Shown piece by piece: positions 1 to 9,736 of a stretch of 32,000 nt of DNA. Under the pieces are notes generated by a model, which made no database searches, was not told the origin of the DNA, and saw nothing but the letters and a program-made list of their open reading frames with translations. Made by a program: the position numbers and the translations under genes. The DNA is from an uncultured cyanobacterium (GTDB taxonomy: Bacteria > Cyanobacteriota > Cyanobacteriia > Cyanobacteriales > Cyanobacteriaceae). The DNA lies in assembly GCA_963749915.1 (NCBI GenBank), contig CAVVOP010000025.1:47170-79169 (forward strand), in the 5' to 3' direction. Position 1 is the stretch's first letter. Each line of letters starts with the position of its first letter.

Positions 1-3
1 CTC

Positions 4-926
4 TTAATCCAAAGCCAAGCCTTCGCGCATTTGTTCTGCCAACTCCTGCGTTAAAGCCTCCATCTTCTCCTCAAAAGGTATGCCATCATCCTCTTCATCA
101 GGAATTCCCACATAACGCCCCGGAGTCAAGACAAAATTACGCTTTTCAATCTCCGCTAACGTTGCCGACTTACAAAAACCCTTAACATCTCTATAACTCC
201 CCTCGCCTTTTGGGAGAGGGTCTGGGGGTGAGGGCTTCTTCTTCCACTCATGATAAGTATCAGCAATTTTGGCAATATCTTCATCACTAAAAGCCCGATT
301 ACGGCGATTAACCATATAACCCAACTCCGAGGCATCAATAAATAACACCTCACCCTTACGCGATCGACTCTTATTGCCGTTTTTATAGCGACTGAGGAAC
401 CATAAACAAGCAGGAATCCCCGTATTATAAAAAAGCTGGGTGGGCAACATCACAATACAGTCCACCAAATCAGCCTCTACTAAAGCCTTACGAATATCTC
501 CCTCACCACTGGTATTAGATGATAACGAACCATTAGAGAGGACAAACCCAGCCGAACCCGTAGGGGATCTGACTTTTCACGGCATTTCTGAAAACCCGTT
601 CAAATAAGGGTTTCCCTCCCAGGCTGATTCTCAATAATCTCTGCTTAATGATAATGGACAACGAAAGAGTCTGGCTTGGAGAGGGGGAATTTGGCGATCG
701 CCTGAGAGCAGAAAAAGATCCCGTGAAAAGTCAGTTCATAAATCCCTTCTCCTGCGATTAACTTCTGGTGCAACTCCTCAAAAGCATCCGAGATGTATTT
801 GAGAAAGATTAAACCCAAGACAATGTGCTTATATTCTGCCGCATCAATATTTTTGCGGAGTTTATCTGCTGATTTCCAGAGTTTTTGTTCAAAAGTATCG
901 GTATCTGCTTGTTTTTTCTTTGGCAT
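4..926 (-). pseudogene. hsdM: Remnant of a type I restriction-modification DNA methyltransferase (HsdM). About 61 N-terminal codons (926->735) and about 187 C-terminal codons (567->4) survive; the central catalytic region is missing.
   Basis: Minus-strand 926->735 translates to [61 protein letters not shown], an HsdM N-terminal domain pattern. Frame 567->4 gives [58 protein letters not shown]..., typical of the region downstream of the N6-adenine MTase catalytic motif. No AdoMet-binding motif or NPPF/Y motif lies between the pieces, which are separated by a 166-bp TIR element. Sampled lines are about 50% GC, above the backbone. Confidence 0.75.
569..734. mobile_element. MITE-like non-coding element with 14-bp perfect terminal inverted repeats, located at the hsdM deletion joint
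   Basis: CTGACTTTTCACGG at 569-582 and its exact reverse complement CCGTGAAAAGTCAG at 721-734. There is an internal hairpin AAACCC(592-597)/GGGTTT(608-613) and one HIP1 site at 694-701. It has no plausible ORF. The hsdM reading frames stop being HsdM-like exactly at its two ends. No target-site duplication is visible. Confidence 0.5.
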
Positions 927-1044
927 TTGAGTACATTATGGACTTTCCAAATTTTATCAGAATAAATCCAGACAACTTTTTTGCTTCCTTACATATCGTT
1001 ACATCTTGGATAACAAAGTGATGATTTAAAAGTAAGATAAAATA

Positions 1045-1089
1045 AGTCAAATTACGCATAGTCAAATTAGGCGTAGTCAAATTAACAGT
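1045..1089 (+). repeat. Three tandem 15-bp direct repeats (AGTCAAATTA + 5 variable nt)
   Basis: AGTCAAATTACGCAT (1045-1059), AGTCAAATTAGGCGT (1060-1074), AGTCAAATTAACAGT (1075-1089). They lie about 120-160 bp upstream of the hsdM remnant start codon (926, minus strand). Confidence 0.85.
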
Positions 1090-1331
1090 CTATTCACACC
1101 CTATGGTTCTGAACAATTCTTTGAAGCAGGTGAGCAACAATTAGAACAAGAAATCAAACTGCTCCAAATCCCAAGAACCTCATCAGACCAACTTTTACCT
1201 AAAGTTCCAGAAGAGCGTTATATCAAATCCGGCTGAACAACCTCACTAAAAATAAGATTGAAGCCTTGTATTTACTACATCGCATATATGTACAATTTAG
1301 CGGATTTGATATTACTGGACCGATGTTCTAG

Positions 1332-2411
1332 CTACAATTGTTTTGATAAATAATCCGCCGTTGATTCCACCAGTGCGATCGCTTGTTCGTAAGCCATACG
1401 AGTAGGTCCAATAATACCAACACTCCCGGCAGGATATTCTCCTTGATAATAATAGGCAGAAATAAGACTACAAGACTGCATTGATTCTAAAGGATTTTCT
1501 GAGCCGATGCGAATTTTTACTTTTTGCCAAGAATTATCATATTCACTAACATTAAAAACTAAAGATAAAAGCTGATCTTGTTCTTTTTCTAGTAAATTTA
1601 ATAGTATTTTTACCTGTTCTATATGAGAAAATTCGGGTTGTTGTACTAATTTAGAAAAACCTTGAATCAAAATAGGAGTAGCATTAGATAGACGATAGCT
1701 TGATTTTATTTGTGTTAATAAATTGTTAATAAAATTAGCATAAATTTGAAAATCTTCGTTTAATTCACTCCAATCTAAATTACTTATTTCCGTGAGAGAT
1801 TGACCTTTTAATTTATGGTTTAGAAAATTGGATAAAATTTCTAATTCTCGATTGATTATCTCCCTAGAATCATCATCATGGGGAATTTTTAACTGATTAC
1901 TTTCCAATAAAATCGATTCACTTTGATAATTGTCAATCACCATCACTAACATGATTTTATCATTAGCTAACCTCAGCAATTGTAAATGATAAAGGATATT
2001 ACTAGCAATTTGAGGTAAAGTAATTAAAGCAATATAGCCACTCAAATCGGCTAAAGTATTGGTGATTTTTTGAAAGAGAATTTCATAACGACTGAGGCTT
2101 GTTTTAATGTTAGAATCAACAAATTGATCAAGGGGAAATTTAATAGAATTGTCAACATTAATTAATTGATCAACATAAACACGATAACCTGAGTCAGAGG
2201 GAATTCTTCCTGCTGAAGTGTAAGGCTGATATAGAAAACCTGCCTTTTCCAATTTTCCCATAACATTACGAACAGTGGCAGAACTGACACGAAAATTATA
2301 TTCATCAATCAAAGTTTTCGAGCCAACAGGTTCAGCCGTAGCGATATAATGTTTTACGGTAGCCTGTAAAATTTTTTGATGGCGTTCATTGAGCGTGATT
2401 TGAACAGTCAT
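1332..2411 (-). CDS. hrcA: Heat-inducible transcription repressor HrcA
   Basis: 359 aa. The N-terminus MTVQITLNERHQKILQATVKHYIATAEPVGSKTLIDEYNFRVSSATVRNVMGKLEKAGFLYQPYTSAGRIPSDSGYRVYVDQL is the canonical HrcA winged-helix region, and the length is typical. Confidence 0.9.
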   Translation of the reverse strand: MTVQITLNERHQKILQATVKHYIATAEPVGSKTLIDEYNFRVSSATVRNVMGKLEKAGFLYQPYTSAGRIPSDSGYRVYVDQLINVDNSIKFPLDQFVDSNIKTSLSRYEILFQKITNTLADLSGYIALITLPQIASNILYHLQLLRLANDKIMLVMVIDNYQSESILLESNQLKIPHDDDSREIINRELEILSNFLNHKLKGQSLTEISNLDWSELNEDFQIYANFINNLLTQIKSSYRLSNATPILIQGFSKLVQQPEFSHIEQVKILLNLLEKEQDQLLSLVFNVSEYDNSWQKVKIRIGSENPLESMQSCSLISAYYYQGEYPAGSVGIIGPTRMAYEQAIALVESTADYLSKQL

Positions 2412-2721
2412 CTTCGGGTATATTGGTTTTTAGTAAAATAGTATTGAATTAAGATTTTTTTTATATTTTGCTAGTATAGCAATGAAAATCCCATTCGTAG
2501 TTGATAATGGCTTTAGTTTTGTTGGGGAAAGAATTTTTCACAGGGGGAAATCTGACAAGGCTAAGTTTTTAATATTTGGGTGAAGATGAGGGGGATAGCC
2601 TCCTGTAGCCCTTAGTTTCGGTTGAGTCATGAAACCCCACATTATATTTGTTAATGTTATTTGTTCGGTTGCACTTTGTTTAACCCAACCTAGCTAGATT
2701 ATCTTGATACCAAGTCAAAAT

Positions 2722-4272
2722 TTAAGATTTAACCGTAGCACCAAAATCGGAGATCAATAAATCTTTTAAAACGGACTTGAGATCGTCACAGGGAATACTT
2801 TTTTGCTTTAACTCCCCTAAATGTGCATCTTTACCGACTTTCCCCCCCATAAATAAATTAACTCCCTCTACTACTTGACCATCTTTTTTGGCTTTGGTAC
2901 CCATTAAACCTATATCCCCAGCTTGAGCTTGTCCGCAAGAGTTAGGGCAACCTGTCCAATGAATCCGTACTCTTTCAGGTATATTTAATTCAGCGTCTAA
3001 TTCTTGGGCTAATTTTAATCCTCTTTCTTTGGTTTCCACTAAGGCAAAGTTGCAATAACGAGCGCCTGTACAGGAAATGAGAGATCGAGTTAAAGGGGTG
3101 GGATTGACAGGATAACGTTGTAAAATAGGCTCAGCTAAAAAGGCTTCTACTTTTTCATCGGCGACAAAAGGGATGATAAAATTTTGTTCTACCGTTGCCC
3201 GAATTTCGCCGTTACCATAAACATCAGCCAAACGGGCAATATCGTACATTCCCTGAGCATCCAAACGTCCCACGGGGATATGAATACCGATATAATTGTA
3301 CCCCTCTTGGATTTGAGGATGGACTCCTAAATGATCCCGTTTTTCCATGGTATATTCATCTTTAGGAGCGGAAAAATAGAGAGATTTTCCTAACTTTTTC
3401 TCTACCTCTAAACGAAATCGATTCATCCCCCATTTATCCACTAACCACATTAAACGAGATTTACCCCGATTTTCCCTTAAACCTTCTTCTAAACCATTCT
3501 CACTATAAACTGAGAGAATCGCTGCCGATAATTCGATGACTTCATCGTTAGGTTTGACCCAAACATCCATGGGAATAGATTCTGCACAACGTTGTGCTGA
3601 TAAATAACCACCGATTAAGACATTAAAGCCAAATTCATCGTCTTTAAAAGCAGGGATAAAAGCAATATCATTGATTTCTGCGTGAATAGAATTATCCCTA
3701 GCACCATCAATGGCAATGTTCAACTTACGGGGTAAATTACTAAATTCGTAACTACCCTGACCTTTATTTGTAATCAAATCTTGTAACTCTTGATTTAACT
3801 CCCTGGTGTCAAATAACTCATCGGGGTCAATACCTGCCACTGGAGAGCCTGTTAAGTTACGAACATTATCCATTCCTGATTGAACGGAAGTCATACCCAC
3901 AGCCTCTAATTTTTCGAAAATTTCGGAGATATCCTCAAGATGTACTCCCCTTAATTGGATATTTTGACGGGTGGTAACATCTGCACTACCATCATCCCCA
4001 TAACGCTCAATGATTTCTGCCAAAGTGCGCATTTGCTCACTGGTGAAAATACCATTAGGAATACGCAAGCGCAACATGAATTTACCCGGAGTTACGGGGC
4101 GAAAAAAGATACCTAACCACTTTAAACGTACGATTAAATCATCTTGGTCCATTGCTTCCCAACCCATGTTGGCAAAAGATTCTAATTCTTGTTTAACATC
4201 TAAACCGTGTTTAGCGGCTTTAACTTTTTCAATTTTATTTAATTTAATTTTTGTATTGGTAGCAATAGTCAT
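2722..4272 (-). CDS. nirA: Ferredoxin-nitrite reductase (siroheme/4Fe-4S)
   Basis: 516 aa. It carries the NKIEKVKAAKHGLDVKQELESFANMGWEAMD...RLKWLGIFFRPVTPGKFMLRLRIPNGI...TTRQNIQLRG...SGMDNVRN and C-terminal CTG..YCNFA / TGCPNSCGQ cysteine clusters typical of cyanobacterial NirA. The length fits NirA rather than the longer Sir. An AAGAGG Shine-Dalgarno sequence lies 8 nt before the ATG. Confidence 0.9.
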   Translation of the reverse strand: MTIATNTKIKLNKIEKVKAAKHGLDVKQELESFANMGWEAMDQDDLIVRLKWLGIFFRPVTPGKFMLRLRIPNGIFTSEQMRTLAEIIERYGDDGSADVTTRQNIQLRGVHLEDISEIFEKLEAVGMTSVQSGMDNVRNLTGSPVAGIDPDELFDTRELNQELQDLITNKGQGSYEFSNLPRKLNIAIDGARDNSIHAEINDIAFIPAFKDDEFGFNVLIGGYLSAQRCAESIPMDVWVKPNDEVIELSAAILSVYSENGLEEGLRENRGKSRLMWLVDKWGMNRFRLEVEKKLGKSLYFSAPKDEYTMEKRDHLGVHPQIQEGYNYIGIHIPVGRLDAQGMYDIARLADVYGNGEIRATVEQNFIIPFVADEKVEAFLAEPILQRYPVNPTPLTRSLISCTGARYCNFALVETKERGLKLAQELDAELNIPERVRIHWTGCPNSCGQAQAGDIGLMGTKAKKDGQVVEGVNLFMGGKVGKDAHLGELKQKSIPCDDLKSVLKDLLISDFGATVKS

Positions 4273-4394
4273 GCTATAACCTCTTTTAATATATTGATTT
4301 TAGCCTCCCTGTCCCCAAATCTAAAGGGAATTGGGCGATGATCCCCTTAACCGATGAATCAATGATATGATCTATCTGCAAGGGGAAATTCAAG

Positions 4395-4412
4395 TCCTCC
4401 AGGTTTGGAGGA
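4395..4412 (-). promoter_or_regulatory. Perfect 7-bp stem hairpin in the predicted nirA 5' leader (TCCTCCA-GGTT-TGGAGGA)
   Basis: Arms 4395-4401 and 4406-4412 are exact reverse complements. The hairpin lies between the predicted NtcA-dependent promoter (about 4445-4492) and the nirA ATG (4272). It pairs an SD-like GGAGGA with a UCCUCC tract. Confidence 0.4.
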
Positions 4413-4452
4413 TTTATGAGTCCAATGATTGAGTGAGTCTTATGGAGAACAG

Positions 4453-4492
4453 ATTATAAATTTAGCTCTCAATATTTTGTAACGTTTAATAC
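4453..4492 (-). promoter_or_regulatory. Putative NtcA-activated (class II) promoter for nirA: NtcA box plus -10 hexamer
   Basis: TGTA-ACGTTTAA-TACT at 4478-4493 (GTA-N8-TAC core 4479-4492). On the minus strand it is followed after 20 nt by TATAAT (4458-4453). This matches the GTAN8TAC-N20-24-TAN3T architecture established for NtcA-dependent cyanobacterial promoters, of which nirA is the classic target. Confidence 0.6.
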
Positions 4493-4501
4493 TGAATATC
4501 T

Positions 4502-4524
4502 TTATGTGAACTATTATTACATAA
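4502..4524 (-). promoter_or_regulatory. Inverted repeat with LysR-type T-N11-A geometry just upstream of the NtcA box (candidate NtcB-type site)
   Basis: TTATGT(4502-4507)-N11-ACATAA(4519-4524). Its centre is about 27 bp upstream of the NtcA box centre relative to nirA. The assignment to NtcB is inferred from position only. Confidence 0.25.
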
Positions 4525-4568
4525 GTTTTATGTGTTTTTTGCATAAACAGTACAAGGAAAAAGCCTGA

Positions 4569-4592
4569 AAAATGATAACACATTATCATTTT
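4569..4592. promoter_or_regulatory. 10-bp perfect palindrome AAAATGATAA-CACA-TTATCATTTT (Fur-box-like) in the nirA/hemL divergent spacer
   Basis: Arms 4569-4578 and 4583-4592 are exact reverse complements. The half-sites TGATAA/TTATCA are those of the classical Fur box (GATAATGATAATCATTATC), but the central spacer is 1 nt longer. It lies about 175 nt upstream of the hemL start. Confidence 0.3.
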
Positions 4593-4766
4593 CGAGTAGT
4601 TAAACAGAAAAAACTTTAATTTTACTTAAAAATGGTTTATTTTATGGTTAAGTTTATTTAAAATGTATTCTTCAAACCTCAAAAATTTCTCTATTTTTCA
4701 AGAACTGTACAAGATCTCAGTAAAATAGATTGATTATATAAAAATAAAAAGACTAAGGAGATAATT

Positions 4767-6071
4767 TTGGTTAATACAGTATCATTTAAAACCACAAAAT
4801 CAGAAGAAATTTTTACCGCTGCTCAAAAACTGATGCCCGGAGGGGTAAATTCCCCCGTGAGAGCTTTTAAATCCGTCGGTGGACAACCTATTATTTTTGA
4901 TAGAGTAAAAGGGGCTTATATTTGGGACGTAGATGAAAATAAATATATTGATTATGTAGGCTCATGGGGACCAGCAATTTGTGGCCACGCCCACCCAGAA
5001 GTAATTAATGCTTTAAAAGAAGTTTTAGAAAAAGGTACAAGTTTTGGTGCACCTTGTGTATTAGAAAATATCCTCGCCGAAATGGTAATTGATGCGGTAC
5101 CCAGTATTGAAATGGTTCGTTTTGTCAATTCCGGTACAGAGGCTTGTCTTTCGGTTTTACGATTGATGCGTGCTTATACGGGTAAAAATAAAATTATTAA
5201 GTTTGAGGGATGTTATCATGGTCATGGTGATATGTTCCTAGTACAAGCGGGATCTGGGGTGGCTACTTTAGGTTTACCCGATTCTCCTGGTGTGCCCAAA
5301 TCCGTCACTGCTGATACTTTAAACGCTCCCTACAACGATTTAGAAGCGGTTAAAAAACTGTTTGCCGAACATAAAGGCGAAATTGCAGGGGTTATTCTTG
5401 AGGCGGTAGTAGGTAATTCTGGGTTTATTCCCCCCGATGGCGGCTTTTTAGAAGGTTTAAGAGTAATTACCCAGGAAAATGATGCTTTGTTAGTTTTTGA
5501 TGAAGTAATGACAGGTTTCCGTATTTCCTATGGTGGTGCACAGGCAAAATTCGGCGTTACTCCTGATTTAACTACGTTGGGGAAAATCATTGGCGGTGGT
5601 CTACCTGTGGGTGCTTATGGTGGTAAAAAAGAGATTATGGAGTTAGTTGCACCATCAGGTCCTATGTACCAAGCGGGAACATTGTCGGGGAATCCTTTAG
5701 CCATGACAGCAGGAATTAAAACCCTAGAATTATTACAAAAACCTGGTACTTATGAATATTTAGAAAAAATCACCCATGAGTTAATTACAGGATTATTAGA
5801 TGTCGCCAGAAAAGCAGGTCATGAAGTAACAGGCAGTAACATTAGTGCTATGTTTGGAATGTTTTTCACTGGTAACCCAGTCCATAACTATAGTGATGCA
5901 AAAAAATCTGATGGGGCTAAGTTTGGACGTTTTCATCGAGGAATGTTAGAAAGAGGGGTTTATTTCGCACCTTCTCAATTTGAAGCTGGTTTTACTTCCA
6001 TCGCTCATACAGAAGATGATATTAAACAAACCTTAGCGGCGGCGGAAGAAGTACTTAACAATTTAAGTTAG
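4767..6071 (+). CDS. hemL: Glutamate-1-semialdehyde 2,1-aminomutase
   Basis: 434 aa. The pattern [45 protein letters not shown]...FDEVMTGFR...[17 protein letters not shown] is the HemL/class III aminotransferase signature. The start is TTG, with an AAGGAG SD 6 nt upstream (4755-4760). Confidence 0.95.
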   Translation: MVNTVSFKTTKSEEIFTAAQKLMPGGVNSPVRAFKSVGGQPIIFDRVKGAYIWDVDENKYIDYVGSWGPAICGHAHPEVINALKEVLEKGTSFGAPCVLENILAEMVIDAVPSIEMVRFVNSGTEACLSVLRLMRAYTGKNKIIKFEGCYHGHGDMFLVQAGSGVATLGLPDSPGVPKSVTADTLNAPYNDLEAVKKLFAEHKGEIAGVILEAVVGNSGFIPPDGGFLEGLRVITQENDALLVFDEVMTGFRISYGGAQAKFGVTPDLTTLGKIIGGGLPVGAYGGKKEIMELVAPSGPMYQAGTLSGNPLAMTAGIKTLELLQKPGTYEYLEKITHELITGLLDVARKAGHEVTGSNISAMFGMFFTGNPVHNYSDAKKSDGAKFGRFHRGMLERGVYFAPSQFEAGFTSIAHTEDDIKQTLAAAEEVLNNLS

Positions 6072-6363
6072 AGTCATAATTTCTCTAGGGATGGGGCTTA
6101 TAATGAGTGTGTATAAGCGCTCTTACTCACTTTTGGTGAGCAATCAAAGAGGCAGAAGGTTTTTACCGAATTAAAGCACTTAAGAAAAAGCTTAACTTAA
6201 TGGAGGTTTTACTCAGAGGGCTAGCTATTTTAGCAAAGTAAATAAGAACTAATTCGGAGATAATTTGAGATATTTTGAGCTAAATATGGTCATAACTTCT
6301 TCTCACTTCTTGCTTATCCCTCCTCCTGCCCCACAGTATCAATAGATCGAAACAAAATTCATT

Positions 6364-7293
6364 ATGACTAACATTACTATTCTTGGTTCGGGTGTATGGG
6401 GTAACGCACTAGGTTACTTATTAAAACATGCCCAACATTCTTATCAAATTTGGGGACGAAATTCTTTACATTCGTTAGAATCGTTGACAGTAGAGGCGGA
6501 TATTATCATCTCGGCGGTGTCCATGAAGGGTGTTAGGGAAATTATTACTCGGTTGCAGGGGATTAAGTTTAAAGAAGATGCCATTATTGTGACGGCTACT
6601 AAAGGCTTGGATTTAGAAACTACCAACACTCCATCTCAAATTTGGCAAGAGGCTTTTCCTGATCACTCTATTGTCGTGTTATCTGGTCCTAATTTATCAA
6701 AAGAGATTAAAATGGGTTTACCGGCGGCGACGGTGGTTTCTAGTGGTAATATTGCGGCGGCGGAGTTTGTACAAAATATTTTTGCTTCGGATACTTTCCG
6801 AGTATACGTTAATAATGATCCCCTCGGTACGGAATTAGGCGGCACGTTAAAAAATGTTATGGCGATCGCATCGGGGGTATGTGATGGGTTAAAATTAGGC
6901 ACAAATGCAAAGGCTGCGTTATTAACAAGGGCATTACCTGAGATGATTAGAGTAGGAACCCATTTAGGTGCGTCGAAGGAAACTTTTTTCGGTTTGTCAG
7001 GATTGGGGGACTTATTGGCAACTTGTGATAGTTTATTGTCTCGGAATTATCAAGTAGGAATGGGATTAGCACAAGGAAAATCTTTAGAAGAAATTTTAGA
7101 TAATTTAGAAGGCACAGCCGAAGGAATTAATACCACTAATGTGTTAATAAAATTAGCTCATCAACAAAAAATTTCTGTACCCATTGCTTATCAAGTTTAT
7201 TTGTTATTAAAAGGTAAAATTAGTCCCCAAGAAGCCGTTAAAAATTTGATGGCAAGGGAGTTAAAAGATGAATTTTGTTATATTCAGTTTTAA
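6364..7293 (+). CDS. gpsA: NAD(P)H-dependent glycerol-3-phosphate dehydrogenase
   Basis: 309 aa. It has an N-terminal Rossmann motif ILGSGVWGNALG, then GPNLSKEI, LKNVMAIASGVCDGLKLGTNAKAALLTRAL and GLSGLGDLLATC, which are typical GpsA motifs. Confidence 0.9.
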   Translation: MTNITILGSGVWGNALGYLLKHAQHSYQIWGRNSLHSLESLTVEADIIISAVSMKGVREIITRLQGIKFKEDAIIVTATKGLDLETTNTPSQIWQEAFPDHSIVVLSGPNLSKEIKMGLPAATVVSSGNIAAAEFVQNIFASDTFRVYVNNDPLGTELGGTLKNVMAIASGVCDGLKLGTNAKAALLTRALPEMIRVGTHLGASKETFFGLSGLGDLLATCDSLLSRNYQVGMGLAQGKSLEEILDNLEGTAEGINTTNVLIKLAHQQKISVPIAYQVYLLLKGKISPQEAVKNLMARELKDEFCYIQF

Positions 7294-7345
7294 ACAAATA
7301 ATTATTGATAGGGCATCAGGGAAGTGTGGAATTACTATAATTAAC

Positions 7346-8455
7346 TTAATCAAAAACCACTAAATTATCTCGATGAATAACAGTTTCTGCTCCATAATAA
7401 CCTAAAATATGGGGAATATCTGCAGACTTTTTTCCTTTAATTTTTGTTAATTCATCATAACTATAATTAACAATTCCTTTGGCGATTTCTTGCCCTTGAA
7501 AATCAATTAACTCTACTGCCTCTGATGCGTTGAATTCCCCCTCAATTTTAGTTATTCCTGCGGCCAATAAAGATTTTCCCCTCAGGCATAAAGCCTTAAC
7601 AGCGCCATCATCTAAATATATCTTCCCCATGGCTACTAAACCGTTAGCAATCCATCTTTTGCGGGCGTTTTCTGTTTTCGGCTGTGCCTCAAATTTTGTG
7701 CCGATGGCTTCTCCCGCCAAAATTTTATAGATATTATCGGGATTTTTGCCGTTAGTTATAATCGTTGTCACCCCCGCACTGGAGGCAATTTTGGCAGCCC
7801 TTAATTTGGTGATCATACCACCTGTACCCCAAACACTGCCACTATTGGTAACATCTACTTGCAAATTGGCAAATTCTTCATTGTTAACTAAATCTATGGG
7901 TATCGCAGAAGGTACAACACGAGGATCAGCCGAATAAAGTTTATCCACATCAGTTAACAAAAATAACCAATCCGCTTCCATTAAACTTGCCACTAAAGCT
8001 GATAAAGTATCGTTGTCGCCGAATTTTAATTCTTCCGTTGCCACTGTATCGTTTTCATTGACGATGGGAATTATACCCAGTTCTAACAAAGCCGTGAAAG
8101 TATTACTAGCATTGACATAACAACTCCTTTCCATTAAATCCCGTCTCGTCAACAAAATTTGAGCAATGGGTTGCCCCAAATTATTAAATAGGTCATCATA
8201 TACTCGAATCAGTCTTCCTTGGCCTACGGCGGCTATAGCTTGTTTAAGATTGATATTTCGGGGTCGTTCTGTCAAGTTTAATCTAGCACAACCAACCCCC
8301 ACCGCACCGGAAGAGACTAAAATTACTTGATAACCTTGTTGACGTAAATTACTTAAGGTTTCCACTAGGGAGGCAATGGTGGAAAGTGCTAAATTCCCTG
8401 TTTCTGAACGAGTTAAGCTAGATGTCCCAATTTTAACAACGATGGTTTCTGTCAT
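7346..8455 (-). CDS. proB: Glutamate 5-kinase (with C-terminal PUA domain)
   Basis: 369 aa. Motifs [43 protein letters not shown] and [15 protein letters not shown] are present, and a C-terminal region of about 90 aa is consistent with PUA. Confidence 0.9.
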   Translation of the reverse strand: MTETIVVKIGTSSLTRSETGNLALSTIASLVETLSNLRQQGYQVILVSSGAVGVGCARLNLTERPRNINLKQAIAAVGQGRLIRVYDDLFNNLGQPIAQILLTRRDLMERSCYVNASNTFTALLELGIIPIVNENDTVATEELKFGDNDTLSALVASLMEADWLFLLTDVDKLYSADPRVVPSAIPIDLVNNEEFANLQVDVTNSGSVWGTGGMITKLRAAKIASSAGVTTIITNGKNPDNIYKILAGEAIGTKFEAQPKTENARKRWIANGLVAMGKIYLDDGAVKALCLRGKSLLAAGITKIEGEFNASEAVELIDFQGQEIAKGIVNYSYDELTKIKGKKSADIPHILGYYGAETVIHRDNLVVFD

Positions 8456-8605
8456 AAATCAATAAAATTCAGGGAATAGGAAATAGGAAAAAAATTGGCG
8501 TGAATTGTTAAAATTTATTACCCAATTTGACCAGGAAGGGGGATAATTGTTGACAAACTTACATAAACTTTAGTTTAACTTAATTTTTATTTAAAGCACA
8601 ATTGA

Positions 8606-9736
8606 ATGCACATCGCTTGGCTAGGAAAAAAATCTCCTTTTTGCGGAAATGTAACATACAGCAGAGAAATTACTAACGCTCTGTTAGATAGAGGTTATAA
8701 GGTTAGTTTTCTTCATTTTAGCCAAGAGAATGATGAATCTGGGCAAGAAAACTATGTTGCCGAAGTTAATCTTCCTTTTCTCTATAAATCTCAAATTTAC
8801 ACTATCCCTTCTCCCAAATCCACTAAAATACTACTGCGATCCCTGCAAAAGCTACAACCCGATATAGTCCATGCTTCTTTAACCTTATCCCCCCTCGATT
8901 TTCGACTTCCAGAAATTTGTCAACAATTAAAAATACCCCTTATTGCCACTTTTCATCCCCCTTTTGACAGTCTTTGGCGTAATATCAAATCCAGTACTCA
9001 ATACTTAACCTATCAACTATATGCTCCTTTTTTAGCAAAATATAATCAAACTATCGTCTTTTCTGAACTACAAAAGGATTTATTAATCAAATTGGGTGTC
9101 CCCGCCGAAAAATTAGCGATTATCCCCAATGGTGTCGATACGAATAAATACTCCCCCGGTGATTCTTACTTTAAACAGAAATATCCGAAGGATCAAATAT
9201 ATGTTTATCAAGGGCGAGTAGCGGTAGAAAAAAATGTTGAATCCTTACTAAAAGCATGGAGACACACAGAAATGGGTCAGAGTGCGAAACTGTTAATTAT
9301 TGGTGATGGTCATTTAACCCCTACCCTTAAACCCCTATATAATCAAGAAGATGGTATTATTTGGTTAGGTGCCATCGTCGATGATCAAAAAAGGATCGAT
9401 ATTTTAAGAAGTGCTGATGTTTTTATTTTACCCTCTTTAGTAGAGGGATTATCATTATCATTATTAGAGGCAATGGCTTGTGGTTTAGCCTGTGTTGCTA
9501 CGGATGCTGGTGCTGATGGCGAAGTTTTAGCCCATGCCGGAATTATCCTTAGTACTCAAGAGGTTACGACCCAACTAAAAACAGTATTACCTCTTTTGGC
9601 GCATCACCCAGAAATAACGGCATTACTAGGTAAAAAAGCACGAAATAGAGTCCTGGAAAAATATACTTTAAGGGATAATGTGACGAGATTAGAGCAACTT
9701 TACATTGAATTATGTAGCCAAAAAGTATATTTTTAA
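8606..9736 (+). CDS. Glycosyltransferase, GT4/GT-B fold family
   Basis: 376 aa. The C-terminal half has the retaining GT-B signature LPSLVEGLSLSLLEAMACGLACVATDAGADGEVL (E-X7-E-type motif). The donor and acceptor substrates are unknown. Confidence 0.8.
   Translation: MHIAWLGKKSPFCGNVTYSREITNALLDRGYKVSFLHFSQENDESGQENYVAEVNLPFLYKSQIYTIPSPKSTKILLRSLQKLQPDIVHASLTLSPLDFRLPEICQQLKIPLIATFHPPFDSLWRNIKSSTQYLTYQLYAPFLAKYNQTIVFSELQKDLLIKLGVPAEKLAIIPNGVDTNKYSPGDSYFKQKYPKDQIYVYQGRVAVEKNVESLLKAWRHTEMGQSAKLLIIGDGHLTPTLKPLYNQEDGIIWLGAIVDDQKRIDILRSADVFILPSLVEGLSLSLLEAMACGLACVATDAGADGEVLAHAGIILSTQEVTTQLKTVLPLLAHHPEITALLGKKARNRVLEKYTLRDNVTRLEQLYIELCSQKVYF

Noticed and set aside
1076-1236. Open frame on the + strand encoding ...LFTPYGSEQFFEAGEQQLEQEIKLLQIPRTSSDQLLPKVPEERYIKSG
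   Set aside because: It has no start codon after the preceding stop and is only about 52 codons long. I could not tie it to a family with confidence. It may be a gene fragment, but that is not supportable from sequence alone.
2412-2721. CIRCE operator (TTAGCACTC-N9-GAGTGCTAA) upstream of hrcA
   Set aside because: No match to either half-site was found in the spacer, so autoregulation via CIRCE cannot be claimed here.
2722-4272. Absence of nrtABCD/narB next to nirA as an anomaly
   Set aside because: A stand-alone nirA separated from nitrate transport and reduction genes is known in some unicellular cyanobacteria, so it is not unusual by itself.
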